Positions 8,447 through 17,963 of a stretch of DNA of 48,441 bases are shown here, in pieces. The translations under genes were made by a program, and so were the position numbers. Below the pieces are notes generated by a model. That model was not told the DNA's origin and did no database searches. It saw only the letters and a list, made by a program, of their open reading frames with translations. Positions within the stretch are counted from its first letter, which is position 1. Each line of letters starts with the position of its first letter. The stretch comes from an uncultured Solirubrobacteraceae bacterium (GTDB lineage: Bacteria; Actinomycetota; Thermoleophilia; Solirubrobacterales; Solirubrobacteraceae): positions 1-48,441 of the forward strand of contig CATPBV010000112.1 of the NCBI GenBank assembly GCA_955652345.1, given 5' to 3'.

Positions 8447-10549
8447 ATGAGCGGCGGTGCCGCAAGATATGCGCTCGGCGCGGTATGCCTGCTGACGATC
8501 TGCGGCTCGCTTGCGCTCGCCGCCGTGGGCCTCCGACGGCACCTCTTCGCTGAGTGGAGCGGCACGCTCCCCCGCCTCGCCGAGGCACTGATCGGCGTCG
8601 CTCTGCTGATCTGGATCCTTCAGGCGCTGGGCGCGGTCGGCCTGTTCAGGCTGGTCCCGATCGTCTGCGCCTGCGTGGCCGTCGGGCTCTCGGTTGCGGT
8701 CGCGACGCGCGGCGCGCAGCCGCGGCGCCCGAGAGCGGATGGCCGCGCGTCGACGCGGGTAGCGGCGACGATCGCGGTGCTGGCATGCGCCACCGTTGCC
8801 GCCGAATGGGCCTCCCCCACGCTCCAGGCATACGTCCTGGGCGTGCACACGTTCGACTCGCTCTGGTACCACCTGCCGTGGGCCGCGGGCTTCGCCCAGA
8901 CCGGCCACGTCACCCAGCTCCACTACGACCTCGAGTTCCTGCTGGCGTTCTATCCCGCCACCGGGGAGCTCCTCCACGGTCTCGGCATCGTGCTGTTCGG
9001 CCACGACACGATCTCGCCGGGGCTGAACCTCGTGTGGCTCGGGCTCGCGCTGCTTGCGAGCTGGTGCATCGGGCAGGCGAGAGGCGTCGGGGCAATTTCG
9101 TCCTGGGGCGTGGCCCTGATCCTCGCGACGCCGATGATGTACTTCTCGCAGGCCGGAAGCGGAGACGACGACATCGTCGGCTTGTTCTTTCTGCTCGGCT
9201 CTGTGGCGCTCCTACTGAGCGCCGAGGACGACCGCGCGGCTTACGTGCTGGCGGCCGTGTCGGCGGGACTGGCGATCTCGGTCAAGCTGACCTTCCTCGC
9301 TCCGGTCGGCGCGCTTACTCTCGGTGTCCTGGCGCTAGCTCCCCGAGGGCAACGAGCTCCCAGCGCGGGGCGGTGGCTCGGGCCGTTACTCCTCGGCGGC
9401 GGGTTCTGGTACGCGCGGAACCTGATCGCCGTCGGCAACCCGCTTCCGTGGAGCAGCTTCGGTGTGCTCCCCACTCCCGCGCCACCGCTGCAGCAGCCGA
9501 ACACGTTCTCGATCGCCCACTACCTGACGAGCGCGCGCTTCTGGGACCACTTCTTCGTCAAGGGGATGTCCTCCCAGCTTGGAAGCTGGTGGTACGTGGT
9601 GCTTGCGGGCGCGATCGTCGGGCCCCTGCTGTGCTTGCTGCCGGGGGCGGGGCGGACGCTGCGGATGCTCGGCTTGGTCGCGCTCGCAGGGCTTGTCGCA
9701 TACCTGCTCACCCCGAACGGCGCGATGGGCCCGGAGGGAGATCCGGTCGGATTCGGATTCAACCTGCGCTTCGCGCTGCCGGCGCTCGCGCTCGCGTTCG
9801 CGATCTTGCCCCTCGCGCCGGTGGTGAGTCGAAGCGCGACGGTCCAATCGTCGCTGCTCGCGGCCCTGGCGGCGGTGTTCGTCGCGACCGTCGCGAAGTC
9901 CGTCCTGTGGCCCTACCAGCACTACCGCGCCGCGATCGGCCTTGGGCTCGCGGTCCTGGCGCTGGGGCTCGCGCTGGTCTGGGCTCCTCCGGCGCTGGCG
10001 CGATGGCGGGCCGCAGACGGCTCGGGAGGTACGCGAACCGCGCGTCTCGCCTTCGTCGTCGCCGCCGCGATGCTGGTGGGCGCAGGCGCCGCGGCAGGCT
10101 ATCCGTGGCAGCAGCGGTACCTGCGCGGGCGCTACGGGCCGAAGCCGAAGACCTCCGAGCTCACGCGCGTGTGGGAGTTCTTTCGCGGAAGGCACCGCGC
10201 CCGCATCGGTGTGCTCGGCACCTACGGCGAGTTCCTCTCATATCCGATGCTCGGAGGCGACGACTCGAACCGCGTCCAGTACATCGCCAACCATGGCCCG
10301 CACGGATCGTTCACGTCGATCACCGGCTGCCCGGAGTTTCGTCGTGCGGTCAACGCGGGGCACTTCCGGTACCTGGTCACAACGCCGAGGCGCGATTTCT
10401 GGATCCCCCACCAGCTGTTCTTCTCGCCCGAGGGCGGCTGGACCACGTCGGACCCGGCAGCCCATCTCCGGTTCTCCTACCTGGCCGCCGGGCAGCGGGT
10501 CTCGGTGTTCGAGCTTGCGGGGCGGCTCGACCCGGCGGGTTGTCCATAG
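8447..10549 (+). CDS. Polytopic membrane protein, possible GT-C-type glycosyltransferase
   Basis: Many hydrophobic segments; early loop FDSLWYHLP, GLAISVK, GGFWYARNLIAVGNP; soluble C-terminal domain. Confidence 0.6.
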   Translation: MSGGAARYALGAVCLLTICGSLALAAVGLRRHLFAEWSGTLPRLAEALIGVALLIWILQALGAVGLFRLVPIVCACVAVGLSVAVATRGAQPRRPRADGRASTRVAATIAVLACATVAAEWASPTLQAYVLGVHTFDSLWYHLPWAAGFAQTGHVTQLHYDLEFLLAFYPATGELLHGLGIVLFGHDTISPGLNLVWLGLALLASWCIGQARGVGAISSWGVALILATPMMYFSQAGSGDDDIVGLFFLLGSVALLLSAEDDRAAYVLAAVSAGLAISVKLTFLAPVGALTLGVLALAPRGQRAPSAGRWLGPLLLGGGFWYARNLIAVGNPLPWSSFGVLPTPAPPLQQPNTFSIAHYLTSARFWDHFFVKGMSSQLGSWWYVVLAGAIVGPLLCLLPGAGRTLRMLGLVALAGLVAYLLTPNGAMGPEGDPVGFGFNLRFALPALALAFAILPLAPVVSRSATVQSSLLAALAAVFVATVAKSVLWPYQHYRAAIGLGLAVLALGLALVWAPPALARWRAADGSGGTRTARLAFVVAAAMLVGAGAAAGYPWQQRYLRGRYGPKPKTSELTRVWEFFRGRHRARIGVLGTYGEFLSYPMLGGDDSNRVQYIANHGPHGSFTSITGCPEFRRAVNAGHFRYLVTTPRRDFWIPHQLFFSPEGGWTTSDPAAHLRFSYLAAGQRVSVFELAGRLDPAGCP

Positions 10550-10571
10550 ACGGCGGCTAATCTCCGGTGCG

Positions 10572-12365
10572 ATGTCAGCCGTCGCCGACAACCTCGCAGA
10601 CCCTGAGCTGCTGGCGACAGAGTGGAACCTCTCGCCGCTGATCGGCGGCGAGCACGAGTCGGCGGTCGAGCGGATGCTCGAGCAGTCGAGCGACCAGGCC
10701 TCGCGGTTTGCCGCCGCCTACGCCGGCAAGGTCGGAGACTTGGATTCAGATGGGCTTGCCGCGGCGATGCACGAGCTCGAACAGATCAACGACCTCGTCG
10801 GGCGAGCGGCCTCCTATGCCGCGCTGCGGTTCGCGACCGACACCGCGGACCCAGCCCGTGGAGCGCTGCTCCAGCGCGTCCAGGAGAGAGCGACGGAGAT
10901 CGAGACCAAGATCCTGTTCTTCGAGCTCGAGTGGGCGGCGCTCGAGGATGCGCGCGCGGACAAGCTGCTCGCCGGGCCGCAGCTCGACTTCTGCCGCCAT
11001 CACCTGAGAAGCGCTCGGCGGTACCGGCCTCACCTGCTCTCCGAAAGCGAGGAGAAGCTGCTGGCGGAGAAGTCGATCTCGAGCCAGAGCGCCTGGGGGC
11101 GGCTGTTCGGAGAACTGGTTGCGGCGCTGCGCCCCCAGCTCGATGAGCAGGAGCTCACGCTCGATGTGGCCCTCAGCCGCCTGCAATCCCCCGACCGCGA
11201 CGCCCGCCGGAGCGCCGCCGAGGCGGTCTCGGATGCGCTCCGGCCCGGCCTCCGCACCCGATCCTTCATCTACAACACGCTCGCCTACGACAAGTCGGTC
11301 GAGGACAGGCTCCGCCACTACCCCCACTGGCTGGCGAGCCGCAACCTCGCCAACGAGACCTCGGACGAATCTGTGCTGGCGCTGATCGAGGCTGTCAGAC
11401 GACGCTACGACATCCCGCAAAGGTGGTACGCGCTCAAGGCGAAGCTGCTCGACGTGCCCCGGCTGGCCGACTATGACCGGGCGGCACCGGTGCTGTCGGA
11501 GGACCTCACCTTCTCGTTCGCCGAGGCCCGAGAACTGGTGCTCGACACGTACAACTCGTTCTCACCGGAGGCCGGGCGGATCGCGCGGCGATTCTTCGAC
11601 GAGCACTGGATTGATGCTCCGGTGCGTCCACACAAGCGGGGCGGCGCCTTCTGCAGCTACACCGTGCCGTCGGTGCACCCGTATGTGATGCTCAATTTCA
11701 CGGCCCGTCGGCGCGACGTGCTGACGATGGCCCACGAGCTCGGTCACGGCCTGCACGCCGCACTCGCCCAGCCGCAGGGCGTCTTTCATCAGTCGACCCC
11801 GCTGACACTGGCGGAGACCGCGTCGGTGTTCGGCGAGACGCTCGTGTTCGAGCGGCTGCTCGAGGCGGCCGACAGCGACGAGCAGCGACTCAGCCTGCTG
11901 GCTGAGCGGATCGATGGAGGGATCGCGACGGTGTTCCGGCAGATGGCGATGAACCGCTTCGAGCATCTCGTCCATACGCGCCGCCGGGCGGAGGGCGAGT
12001 TATCGGCCGACCGGGTGTGCGAGCTCTGGACCGAGACCCAGGCCGAGCTGTTCGGGGACTCGGTGGAGATCACCGACGGCTACCGGATGTGGTGGTCCTA
12101 CGTTCCGCACTTCATCAACACTCCTGGCTACGTCTACGCCTACGCCTACGGTCAGCTCCTGGCGCTGTCCGCCTACGGGCGCTACCGCGAGCAGGGCGAG
12201 TCGTTCGTTCCGCGCTACCTGGAGCTGCTCGCCGCCGGCGGCTCGCGCAGCCCGGAGGAGCTCGCGGGATTCGTCGAGATCGACCTTGCCGATCCAGGTT
12301 TCTGGGACGCCGGGCTGGTGCTGGTCGACGAGCAGCTGGCGGAAGCCGAGAAGCTGGCCGCTTAG
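10572..12365 (+). CDS. M3 family oligoendopeptidase F
   Basis: WID..VRPHKRGGAFC, HPYVMLNF, TMAHELGHGLH (HExxH), LAETASVFGE, PHF...YVYAYAYG. Confidence 0.93.
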   Translation: MSAVADNLADPELLATEWNLSPLIGGEHESAVERMLEQSSDQASRFAAAYAGKVGDLDSDGLAAAMHELEQINDLVGRAASYAALRFATDTADPARGALLQRVQERATEIETKILFFELEWAALEDARADKLLAGPQLDFCRHHLRSARRYRPHLLSESEEKLLAEKSISSQSAWGRLFGELVAALRPQLDEQELTLDVALSRLQSPDRDARRSAAEAVSDALRPGLRTRSFIYNTLAYDKSVEDRLRHYPHWLASRNLANETSDESVLALIEAVRRRYDIPQRWYALKAKLLDVPRLADYDRAAPVLSEDLTFSFAEARELVLDTYNSFSPEAGRIARRFFDEHWIDAPVRPHKRGGAFCSYTVPSVHPYVMLNFTARRRDVLTMAHELGHGLHAALAQPQGVFHQSTPLTLAETASVFGETLVFERLLEAADSDEQRLSLLAERIDGGIATVFRQMAMNRFEHLVHTRRRAEGELSADRVCELWTETQAELFGDSVEITDGYRMWWSYVPHFINTPGYVYAYAYGQLLALSAYGRYREQGESFVPRYLELLAAGGSRSPEELAGFVEIDLADPGFWDAGLVLVDEQLAEAEKLAA

Positions 12366-12784
12366 ACGCGCGTCTTGCGCGTCCGGGCGCGCTCCTCCTG
12401 ACGCTCGACCACGTTCACGATCAGCTTCATCACCTGCTCGACGCCCGTGGCCTTTGCGTCGCCCTTCGCGAACGCCTCGCGCCAGTCTCGGATCCGTCCC
12501 TTGGTGGCTAGCTCGTTGAAATGCGGGCGCGGCAGCGAGACGCGAACCCGAGCGTCGGCGGCGATGTCCTTCGTGACCTTGGGACCGGGGAGCTCAACCC
12601 GCCACAGCTGCACGTCCCCGCGGGTTCGAAGCTCCAGACCCGCGACGATCTTCAGCTGCGTCAGCGCGGGCACCTCTTCGAGGAACCGCCTGACCGCTGT
12701 CTCGATCAGGGACCTGGTGTCGGAGGCGGAGGCCAGGGCCCGCAGTCTAGAGACGGCCGGTGGATCCGGCGCCTGCGAGGGCAT
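12362..12784 (-). CDS. Hypothetical protein, possibly SCP2-like fold
   Basis: Fills gap between convergent genes; natural-looking sequence ending WREAFAKGDAKATG. Confidence 0.6.
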   Translation of the reverse strand: MPSQAPDPPAVSRLRALASASDTRSLIETAVRRFLEEVPALTQLKIVAGLELRTRGDVQLWRVELPGPKVTKDIAADARVRVSLPRPHFNELATKGRIRDWREAFAKGDAKATGVEQVMKLIVNVVERQEERARTRKTRV

Positions 12785-12807
12785 GCTCGTGAAACATTCC
12801 AGGGCGG

Positions 12808-13413
12808 TTGCGCCACTACAGGGGTGAAGCCATCGAGGGAGGGACCATCTTGTTGAAGCAAGCTGGCGATCACGACCTGTTGCTGGCGGCGCGCGGAGAT
12901 CCCGAGGCGTTCGGCGAGCTCGCCGAGCGGCACCTGCCGCGGCTGCGCCTCTGGGCCTATGGACAGACGCGCGAGCTCGCCACGGCGAACGACATCGCCG
13001 CCGAGACGCTCGCGCGGGCGTGGATCAAGCGCTCCCGCTACCGCGGCGAGTCCGACGCCACGGCACGCGGCTGGCTGTTCGGGATCGCGCGCAACGTCGT
13101 CAGGGAGTGGCGCCGCGCGCAACGGGTCGAGGCGGTCGCGCTGCGCCGCATGGGCATCGAGCTCCCGCCGCCCGTCGACGATCCGGCGGAGCTCGATGAA
13201 CGGCTCGCGGCGGCGCAGAAGGGCGAGCAGCTGTGGCCGATGATTGACGACCTGCCTCCCGCACAGCGCGACGCGCTGAAGCTCCGGATCCTCGAAGGAC
13301 TGCCCTACGACCAGGCGGCGGCACAGCTCGGACGCAGCGACTTGGCCACGCGCCTACTCGTCTCGCGGGCGCTGCAACGACTGCGCAGGGCCGTCGCAGG
13401 GAGCCAGGCATGA
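12808..13413 (+). CDS. ECF RNA polymerase sigma factor
   Basis: DPEAFGEL..RH, ANDIAAETLARAW, WLFGIARN, LPPAQRDALKLR..EGLPYDQAA..LG; exact start uncertain. Confidence 0.9.
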   Translation: MRHYRGEAIEGGTILLKQAGDHDLLLAARGDPEAFGELAERHLPRLRLWAYGQTRELATANDIAAETLARAWIKRSRYRGESDATARGWLFGIARNVVREWRRAQRVEAVALRRMGIELPPPVDDPAELDERLAAAQKGEQLWPMIDDLPPAQRDALKLRILEGLPYDQAAAQLGRSDLATRLLVSRALQRLRRAVAGSQA

Positions 13414-14252
13414 ACACTGAGCGAAGGAGCAACGACATGGAGCTGACCTCTGATCTGATCGTGATCCACGAACGGCTGCTTCGCGGTGCGCGCCGCCGTA
13501 AGCGGACACGCCTTCGCACTCCGGCGGCGGCGTCGTTCGTCGCGGTCGGCGCTGTGGTGGTGACGAGCGCGGCGCTTGCGGCCGGGCTCGGCCTGGTGAA
13601 GTTCAGCTGGATCAACGTCGGCGGGAAGGGCGGCCTCGAGATCGCGTCCGTGCCGACCCTGCCCGCATCCCTCGCGGGCGTCCCCGTGGCAACGGTGTTG
13701 GCCAACGATCCGAACCTCGAAGCGTGCGACGGCGGCGTCGGCTGGATTGCGTCGACGGCGATGGTCCAGTCGCCCCACGCGCCCGGAACCATGGCAGGCT
13801 GCGGCACCCCCACGCAAGCGGAGCGAGCGGCGTATCGCATCTCGCTGCTCCAGTCCAACCCACGCCTCGCTCGACCTTTTCGGTACTGGTATGAGATCAG
13901 CACCGAAAGCGTGGCCGCAGGAGAGGGGCGGCCGGGCGCGGCTCGCGCAATGGGTCAGTGGTACCTCGGCTCTCCGGTGCCGCTTGCCCCCGCGCAGATC
14001 AAGGCTTGGCGCGACGATATGCAGTACGTGATCTCCGGGGTCGGGCACCCGCCGTCCCCGACCGCGCTCAGCACGACCGCACCGCTTCCGCGCGTCGCGC
14101 GCGCACTACAGGCCACCGGCGGCGCGGGACCCACTGCGGTCGGCGCTTCGAAGCCGTCGTGCTGGCAGATGACGACCTCGTCCTCGGGAAACGTCGGGCC
14201 GAAGCCGGTCCCCTGCAAGGGCGTCGCTGCTGTCGCCGCGACCGCCCCGTAG
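13410..14252 (+). CDS. Putative single-pass anti-sigma factor
   Basis: ATGA overlap with the ECF gene; short basic N-terminus (RRRKRTRLR), one TM segment, extracytoplasmic domain. Confidence 0.65.
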   Translation: MNTERRSNDMELTSDLIVIHERLLRGARRRKRTRLRTPAAASFVAVGAVVVTSAALAAGLGLVKFSWINVGGKGGLEIASVPTLPASLAGVPVATVLANDPNLEACDGGVGWIASTAMVQSPHAPGTMAGCGTPTQAERAAYRISLLQSNPRLARPFRYWYEISTESVAAGEGRPGAARAMGQWYLGSPVPLAPAQIKAWRDDMQYVISGVGHPPSPTALSTTAPLPRVARALQATGGAGPTAVGASKPSCWQMTTSSSGNVGPKPVPCKGVAAVAATAP

Positions 14253-14276
14253 CGAGATCGCACAGCGGGACCACTG

Positions 14277-14302
14277 GGGGCGCGCCTTCGGGCGCGCCCC
14301 TT
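14277..14302 (+). terminator. Stem-loop terminator with TTCG loop
   Basis: GGGGCGCGCC-TTCG-GGCGCGCCCC-TT right after the anti-sigma stop. Confidence 0.75.
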
Positions 14303-14324
14303 CGTGCTTGTGGGACTGATCTGA

Positions 14325-14669
14325 CGTTCTCGCAGCCGGCGCGAGGCTGCTCGTGCTGTCTGGATTCATGACGACCCGAGGACCGCACGTCCGTGGCGGT
14401 ACTGGTGCCTGATCAGCACCGCGAGCGTGGAATTCGGAGGAGAGCGCTGTCCCGGCCAGGCTGAGGAGATGGGCCCTTGGTACGTCGGTTCGCCGACGCC
14501 GCTGAAGCCTGCGCAGCTCGCTGATCCGAATTACCTCGCGAACCTGGACGTCGTCTCGAGCGTGGGGAAGCCGTCGCCCACCGCGATCCCGATCCCTGGC
14601 GTTCCTGCTGGGGCGGCCAGCTCGACCCTGCCAGGAAATGCGTGGTGCTTCCGGAGGCTTCAGCCTTGA
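14325..14669 (+). pseudogene. 5'-truncated paralog fragment of the upstream anti-sigma-like gene
   Basis: Frame reads ..ARPWRYWCLISTASVEFGG..MGPWYVGSPTPLKPAQ..VSSVGKPSPTA vs ARPFRYWYEISTESVAAG..MGQWYLGSPVPLAPAQ..ISGVGHPPSPTA in 13410..14252; in-frame TGA at 14322. Confidence 0.75.
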
Positions 14670-14746
14670 CGCTCGTCTTGGCTGGCACCCTTGACGGTCG
14701 CCTCGTCTGGCGAGAGGATCCACTGCGGGCAACCGAAAGGAGTTTC

Positions 14747-14971
14747 ATGGCCAGAGTCATGGCTGACTGCCGTCGCTTCCCCAGCGACAGCAACTGCTCG
14801 CTGGTGATCATCGGCGAGGAGGACGAGGTGGCGCGTGCCGCCGCCGAGCACGCGATCTCGGTGCACGGGCACGAGGACACCGAGGAGTTCCGCAGGCAGA
14901 TTCGCGAGTTCCTCGAGCCGGCGGAGAACTACACGTTCGAGGCTCGAGCCCAGGAGCCGATGCCCACCTAG
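14747..14971 (+). CDS. DUF1059-like small metal-binding protein
   Basis: AAAGGAG RBS; DCRRFPSDSNCSLVIIGEEDEV..AAAEHAISVHG. Confidence 0.8.
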   Translation: MARVMADCRRFPSDSNCSLVIIGEEDEVARAAAEHAISVHGHEDTEEFRRQIREFLEPAENYTFEARAQEPMPT

Positions 14972-15128
14972 GGGCGCAACTTCCCAGCTCGCGTCCCGGC
15001 TGTTTCTGCCGTCCCGTTCGGCGACCTCTCTCGAGCAGCAAGGGACGCGAGCAGGGAGCCTGCGCCGCCCCGGAGACCGCGGGCGCACATCCGCTCAAGC
15101 TTTCGGTACCCCGGCCGATAGCTGGGGG

Positions 15129-15770
15129 ATGAAACGCGGTGTGAGACTGTTCGTGGCCAGTGTCACCGCCGGGGCGCTCGTGGCGAGCGCGGTCACCGCG
15201 GAGGCGGCCGTGCACTGGCTGATCACCAGCCCGAAGCAGGTCAAGCCCGGCACGCTGACGTTGAATGACCTCTCGAAGGGTGCTCGCCAGACTCTGCAGG
15301 GGGCTCACGGGCCGAAGGGCGCCACCGGCGCGCCGGGTCCCAAGGGCGATCCGGGCACGCCGGGCACGGTCGGGCCCGGCTCCGTGCACACGATGTACGC
15401 GACCGTCCCCGAGGGACAGAGCACGACGCTCATCTCGCTGCCGACGATCGGCGAGATCGACGCGACCTGCACCACCACGGGCACCGCCCCGTTCATCAAG
15501 ACGACGATCACGTACAACAACACGACCGGTCAATCCGTATGGCTTCTCACGCTGCCGGCCGGCGTTCCCCCGACGGCCCTGACTCTTACCCCCGGCCAGA
15601 CTCTAGGCACCGACCTCACCGGGAACTCGCAGGGCGTGCTCTTTCTACACGTGCGCTACGGCGCAAGCGCGGCCAGCTCGCACGTCGGCACGGCGGACGT
15701 CTGGGTGTATCAGGCGCACAACCAGGGCTGCTACGTGTCGGGCGTCGTCAACTCCAACGACCTCGGCTGA
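15129..15770 (+). CDS. Secreted protein with short collagen-like Gly-X-Y repeat
   Basis: Signal peptide MKRGVRLFV...AEAA; GAHGPKGATGAPGPKGDPGTPGTVGP. Confidence 0.75.
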   Translation: MKRGVRLFVASVTAGALVASAVTAEAAVHWLITSPKQVKPGTLTLNDLSKGARQTLQGAHGPKGATGAPGPKGDPGTPGTVGPGSVHTMYATVPEGQSTTLISLPTIGEIDATCTTTGTAPFIKTTITYNNTTGQSVWLLTLPAGVPPTALTLTPGQTLGTDLTGNSQGVLFLHVRYGASAASSHVGTADVWVYQAHNQGCYVSGVVNSNDLG

Positions 15771-15797
15771 GCGCCGCGCACACCGGCGCGGGGCGCG

Positions 15798-17009
15798 TCA
15801 GAGCTTGTTGCGCTCGAGCAGCTTGCGGCCGATCAGCATCCGCTGGATCTCGGATGTCCCCTCGCCGATCAACAGCAGCGGCGCGTCACGGTACAGCCGC
15901 TCGATCTCGTACTCCTTGGAGTAGCCGTACCCGCCGTGGATCCGGAACGCCTCCTCGACGCAGAAGCGCCCGGCCTCCGAGGCGAACAGCTTGGCCATAC
16001 CCGCCTCGAGGTCTGAGCGCTCACCGGCGTCCTTCAGCCGCGCGGCACGCAGCGTCAGCAGGCGCGCCGCCTCGATCTGCGTCGCCATATCCGCAAGCTT
16101 GAACTGGATCGCCTGATGCTGGGCGATCCGCTTGCCGAACGTCTTGCGCTCCTGGGAGTACTTCAGCGCCAGCTCGAGTGCGCGCTGCGCGATGCCCACC
16201 CCGCGGGCGGCGACGTTCACGCGACCCACCTCGAGGGCGTCCATCATCTGTGGAAAGCCCTTGTTCAGCCCGGTGTCCTCACCACCGAGGATGTTCTCCG
16301 CAGGACAGCGGTAGCCGTCGAACACGAGCTCGGTGGACTCGACGCCCTTGTAGCCCATCTTCTTGATCTGCGGTGGAACGTTGACGCCGGCGTATTGGCC
16401 GGTGTTCTCGCTGACGCCCGGCTCTTTCTCGGCGATGAAACAAGTCAGGCCGCGGTGCTTGGGCTCGACGCTCGGATCCGTCCGCACGAGCACGAACACG
16501 AGGGCCGCACGCAGGCCGTTGGTGACCCACATCTTCGTCCCATTGATCTCGTACGTCTCGTTGTCGACCCTCTTCGCCGCCGTCTTGATCGCCGCGACGT
16601 CGGAGCCGAGCTCGGGCTCTGACAGGCTGAACGCGGCGCGGATCTCGCCGGTCGCCATCCGCGGCAGGTAGCGCTGCTTCTGCTCATCGGTGCCGAACTT
16701 CATCAGCAGATAGCCACCGATGAAGTGCGTGTTGACGATCCCCGAGATCGAGATCCATCCGCGTGAGAGCTCCTCGACGATCATCGCGTAAGTCGTCAGG
16801 TCGAGGCCCATTCCGCCGTATTCCTCGGGGATCGTCACTCCGAACAGGCCGAGCTCCTTCATCTGCTCGACGATCGGCTCGGGGAAGCTGTCCTCGTGGT
16901 CGTAGTGCTCGGCGCTGGGGATGATCTGCTCGTCCGCGAACTGGCGGACCATCTCGCAGATCGCCCGCTGTTCGTCCGTCCTCTCGGTGTAGGGAGTTGT
17001 GACCGCCAT
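15798..17009 (-). CDS. Acyl-CoA dehydrogenase
   Basis: FSLSEPELGSD, INGTKMWVTNG, RKTFGKRIAQHQAIQFKLADM, IHGGYGY..EY.IERLYRD, IGEGTSEIQR. Confidence 0.95.
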   Translation of the reverse strand: MAVTTPYTERTDEQRAICEMVRQFADEQIIPSAEHYDHEDSFPEPIVEQMKELGLFGVTIPEEYGGMGLDLTTYAMIVEELSRGWISISGIVNTHFIGGYLLMKFGTDEQKQRYLPRMATGEIRAAFSLSEPELGSDVAAIKTAAKRVDNETYEINGTKMWVTNGLRAALVFVLVRTDPSVEPKHRGLTCFIAEKEPGVSENTGQYAGVNVPPQIKKMGYKGVESTELVFDGYRCPAENILGGEDTGLNKGFPQMMDALEVGRVNVAARGVGIAQRALELALKYSQERKTFGKRIAQHQAIQFKLADMATQIEAARLLTLRAARLKDAGERSDLEAGMAKLFASEAGRFCVEEAFRIHGGYGYSKEYEIERLYRDAPLLLIGEGTSEIQRMLIGRKLLERNKL

Positions 17010-17011
17010 GC

Positions 17012-17884
17012 TCAGCCCCGGGTCTGCGCCGGCGGGGCGTTCTGCGCCTCGGTGCGGACGCCATGGCTCCAGGGGGACTCAGGGCGCTGCTGGAGCTCGC
17101 CGTCGAGCTCGAGGTCGACGCGTTCGTTGAAGAAGCAGTGAAGCCCTTTGATCCGGATCGCCTCAGGGAGCGGGTCCGTGTAGCACCACACCAGATCCAT
17201 TTCGATTCCCTTGCCATCGAGTTTCACCGAGTGGTAGCCGGCGGCGCCCTTGTAGGGGCAGTGGGTGATCGTGTCGCTCGGCTCGAGCTCCGCGACGATG
17301 TCATCTGCGGGCAGGTACCAGCGGGCGGGGAGATTCGACTCGAACAGGGCGACCGCTTCGGTGCTCTCGGCGAGCAGCTGGCCATCGAGCGAGATCCGGA
17401 CATGACGGTCCGAGCGGAGAATGTCGATCCGGTGGTAGGGGTCGCGCGGGTGGACGAACACCTCCTCGTCCTCCTCGAGCCAGCCGTCCATCCGGTTCCA
17501 GTAGAACGCGATCAGGTTCTTGATCGGCGGCGCGCCGGCGATCGGATCGGGGTAGTACCAGGCTCCCGCTTCGACCACCCGCTCGGGCGCGCGGATCGTG
17601 TAGTACGAGGCCTGGCCCTTCTTCGGGCATCGTGTGTGCCGGTCGCTTGGCTCGAGCACGTCGTCTCTGACGTCCTCGGGCGGGAAGTAGTAGACGGGCT
17701 GGTGGCCCGACTCATGCAGGATCATCGCCTGGCGGCTGTCCGCGATCGTCTCCCCCGCGACGACGACCCGGATGCGCTTCAGCGTCGGCTCCAGGTACAG
17801 CGCCTTGCCGGGCGGCGGGGGCTCGAAGTTGAACTTCCCCGCCGGTTCGCGCCCGAACGGTCCGTTGCCGGTCATCATGCCCAT
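17012..17884 (-). CDS. Tandem DUF427 domain protein
   Basis: Two repeats with TRCPKKGQASYY / THCPYKGAAGYH and W.Y.DP; linker HPRDPYHRID. Confidence 0.88.
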   Translation of the reverse strand: MGMMTGNGPFGREPAGKFNFEPPPPGKALYLEPTLKRIRVVVAGETIADSRQAMILHESGHQPVYYFPPEDVRDDVLEPSDRHTRCPKKGQASYYTIRAPERVVEAGAWYYPDPIAGAPPIKNLIAFYWNRMDGWLEEDEEVFVHPRDPYHRIDILRSDRHVRISLDGQLLAESTEAVALFESNLPARWYLPADDIVAELEPSDTITHCPYKGAAGYHSVKLDGKGIEMDLVWCYTDPLPEAIRIKGLHCFFNERVDLELDGELQQRPESPWSHGVRTEAQNAPPAQTRG

Positions 17885-17963
17885 CGCGCCTCCAGGTTAT
17901 CGATCGGCCGTGAACGGCTCCTAACTTGAGTCGGAGGCGGGTGCAGCCGATCACTACGAACAA

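Noticed and set aside
8554-10560. 668-aa Arg/Pro-rich alternative-frame ORF
   Set aside because: Same-strand off-frame shadow of the membrane protein; composition typical of GC-rich non-coding frames
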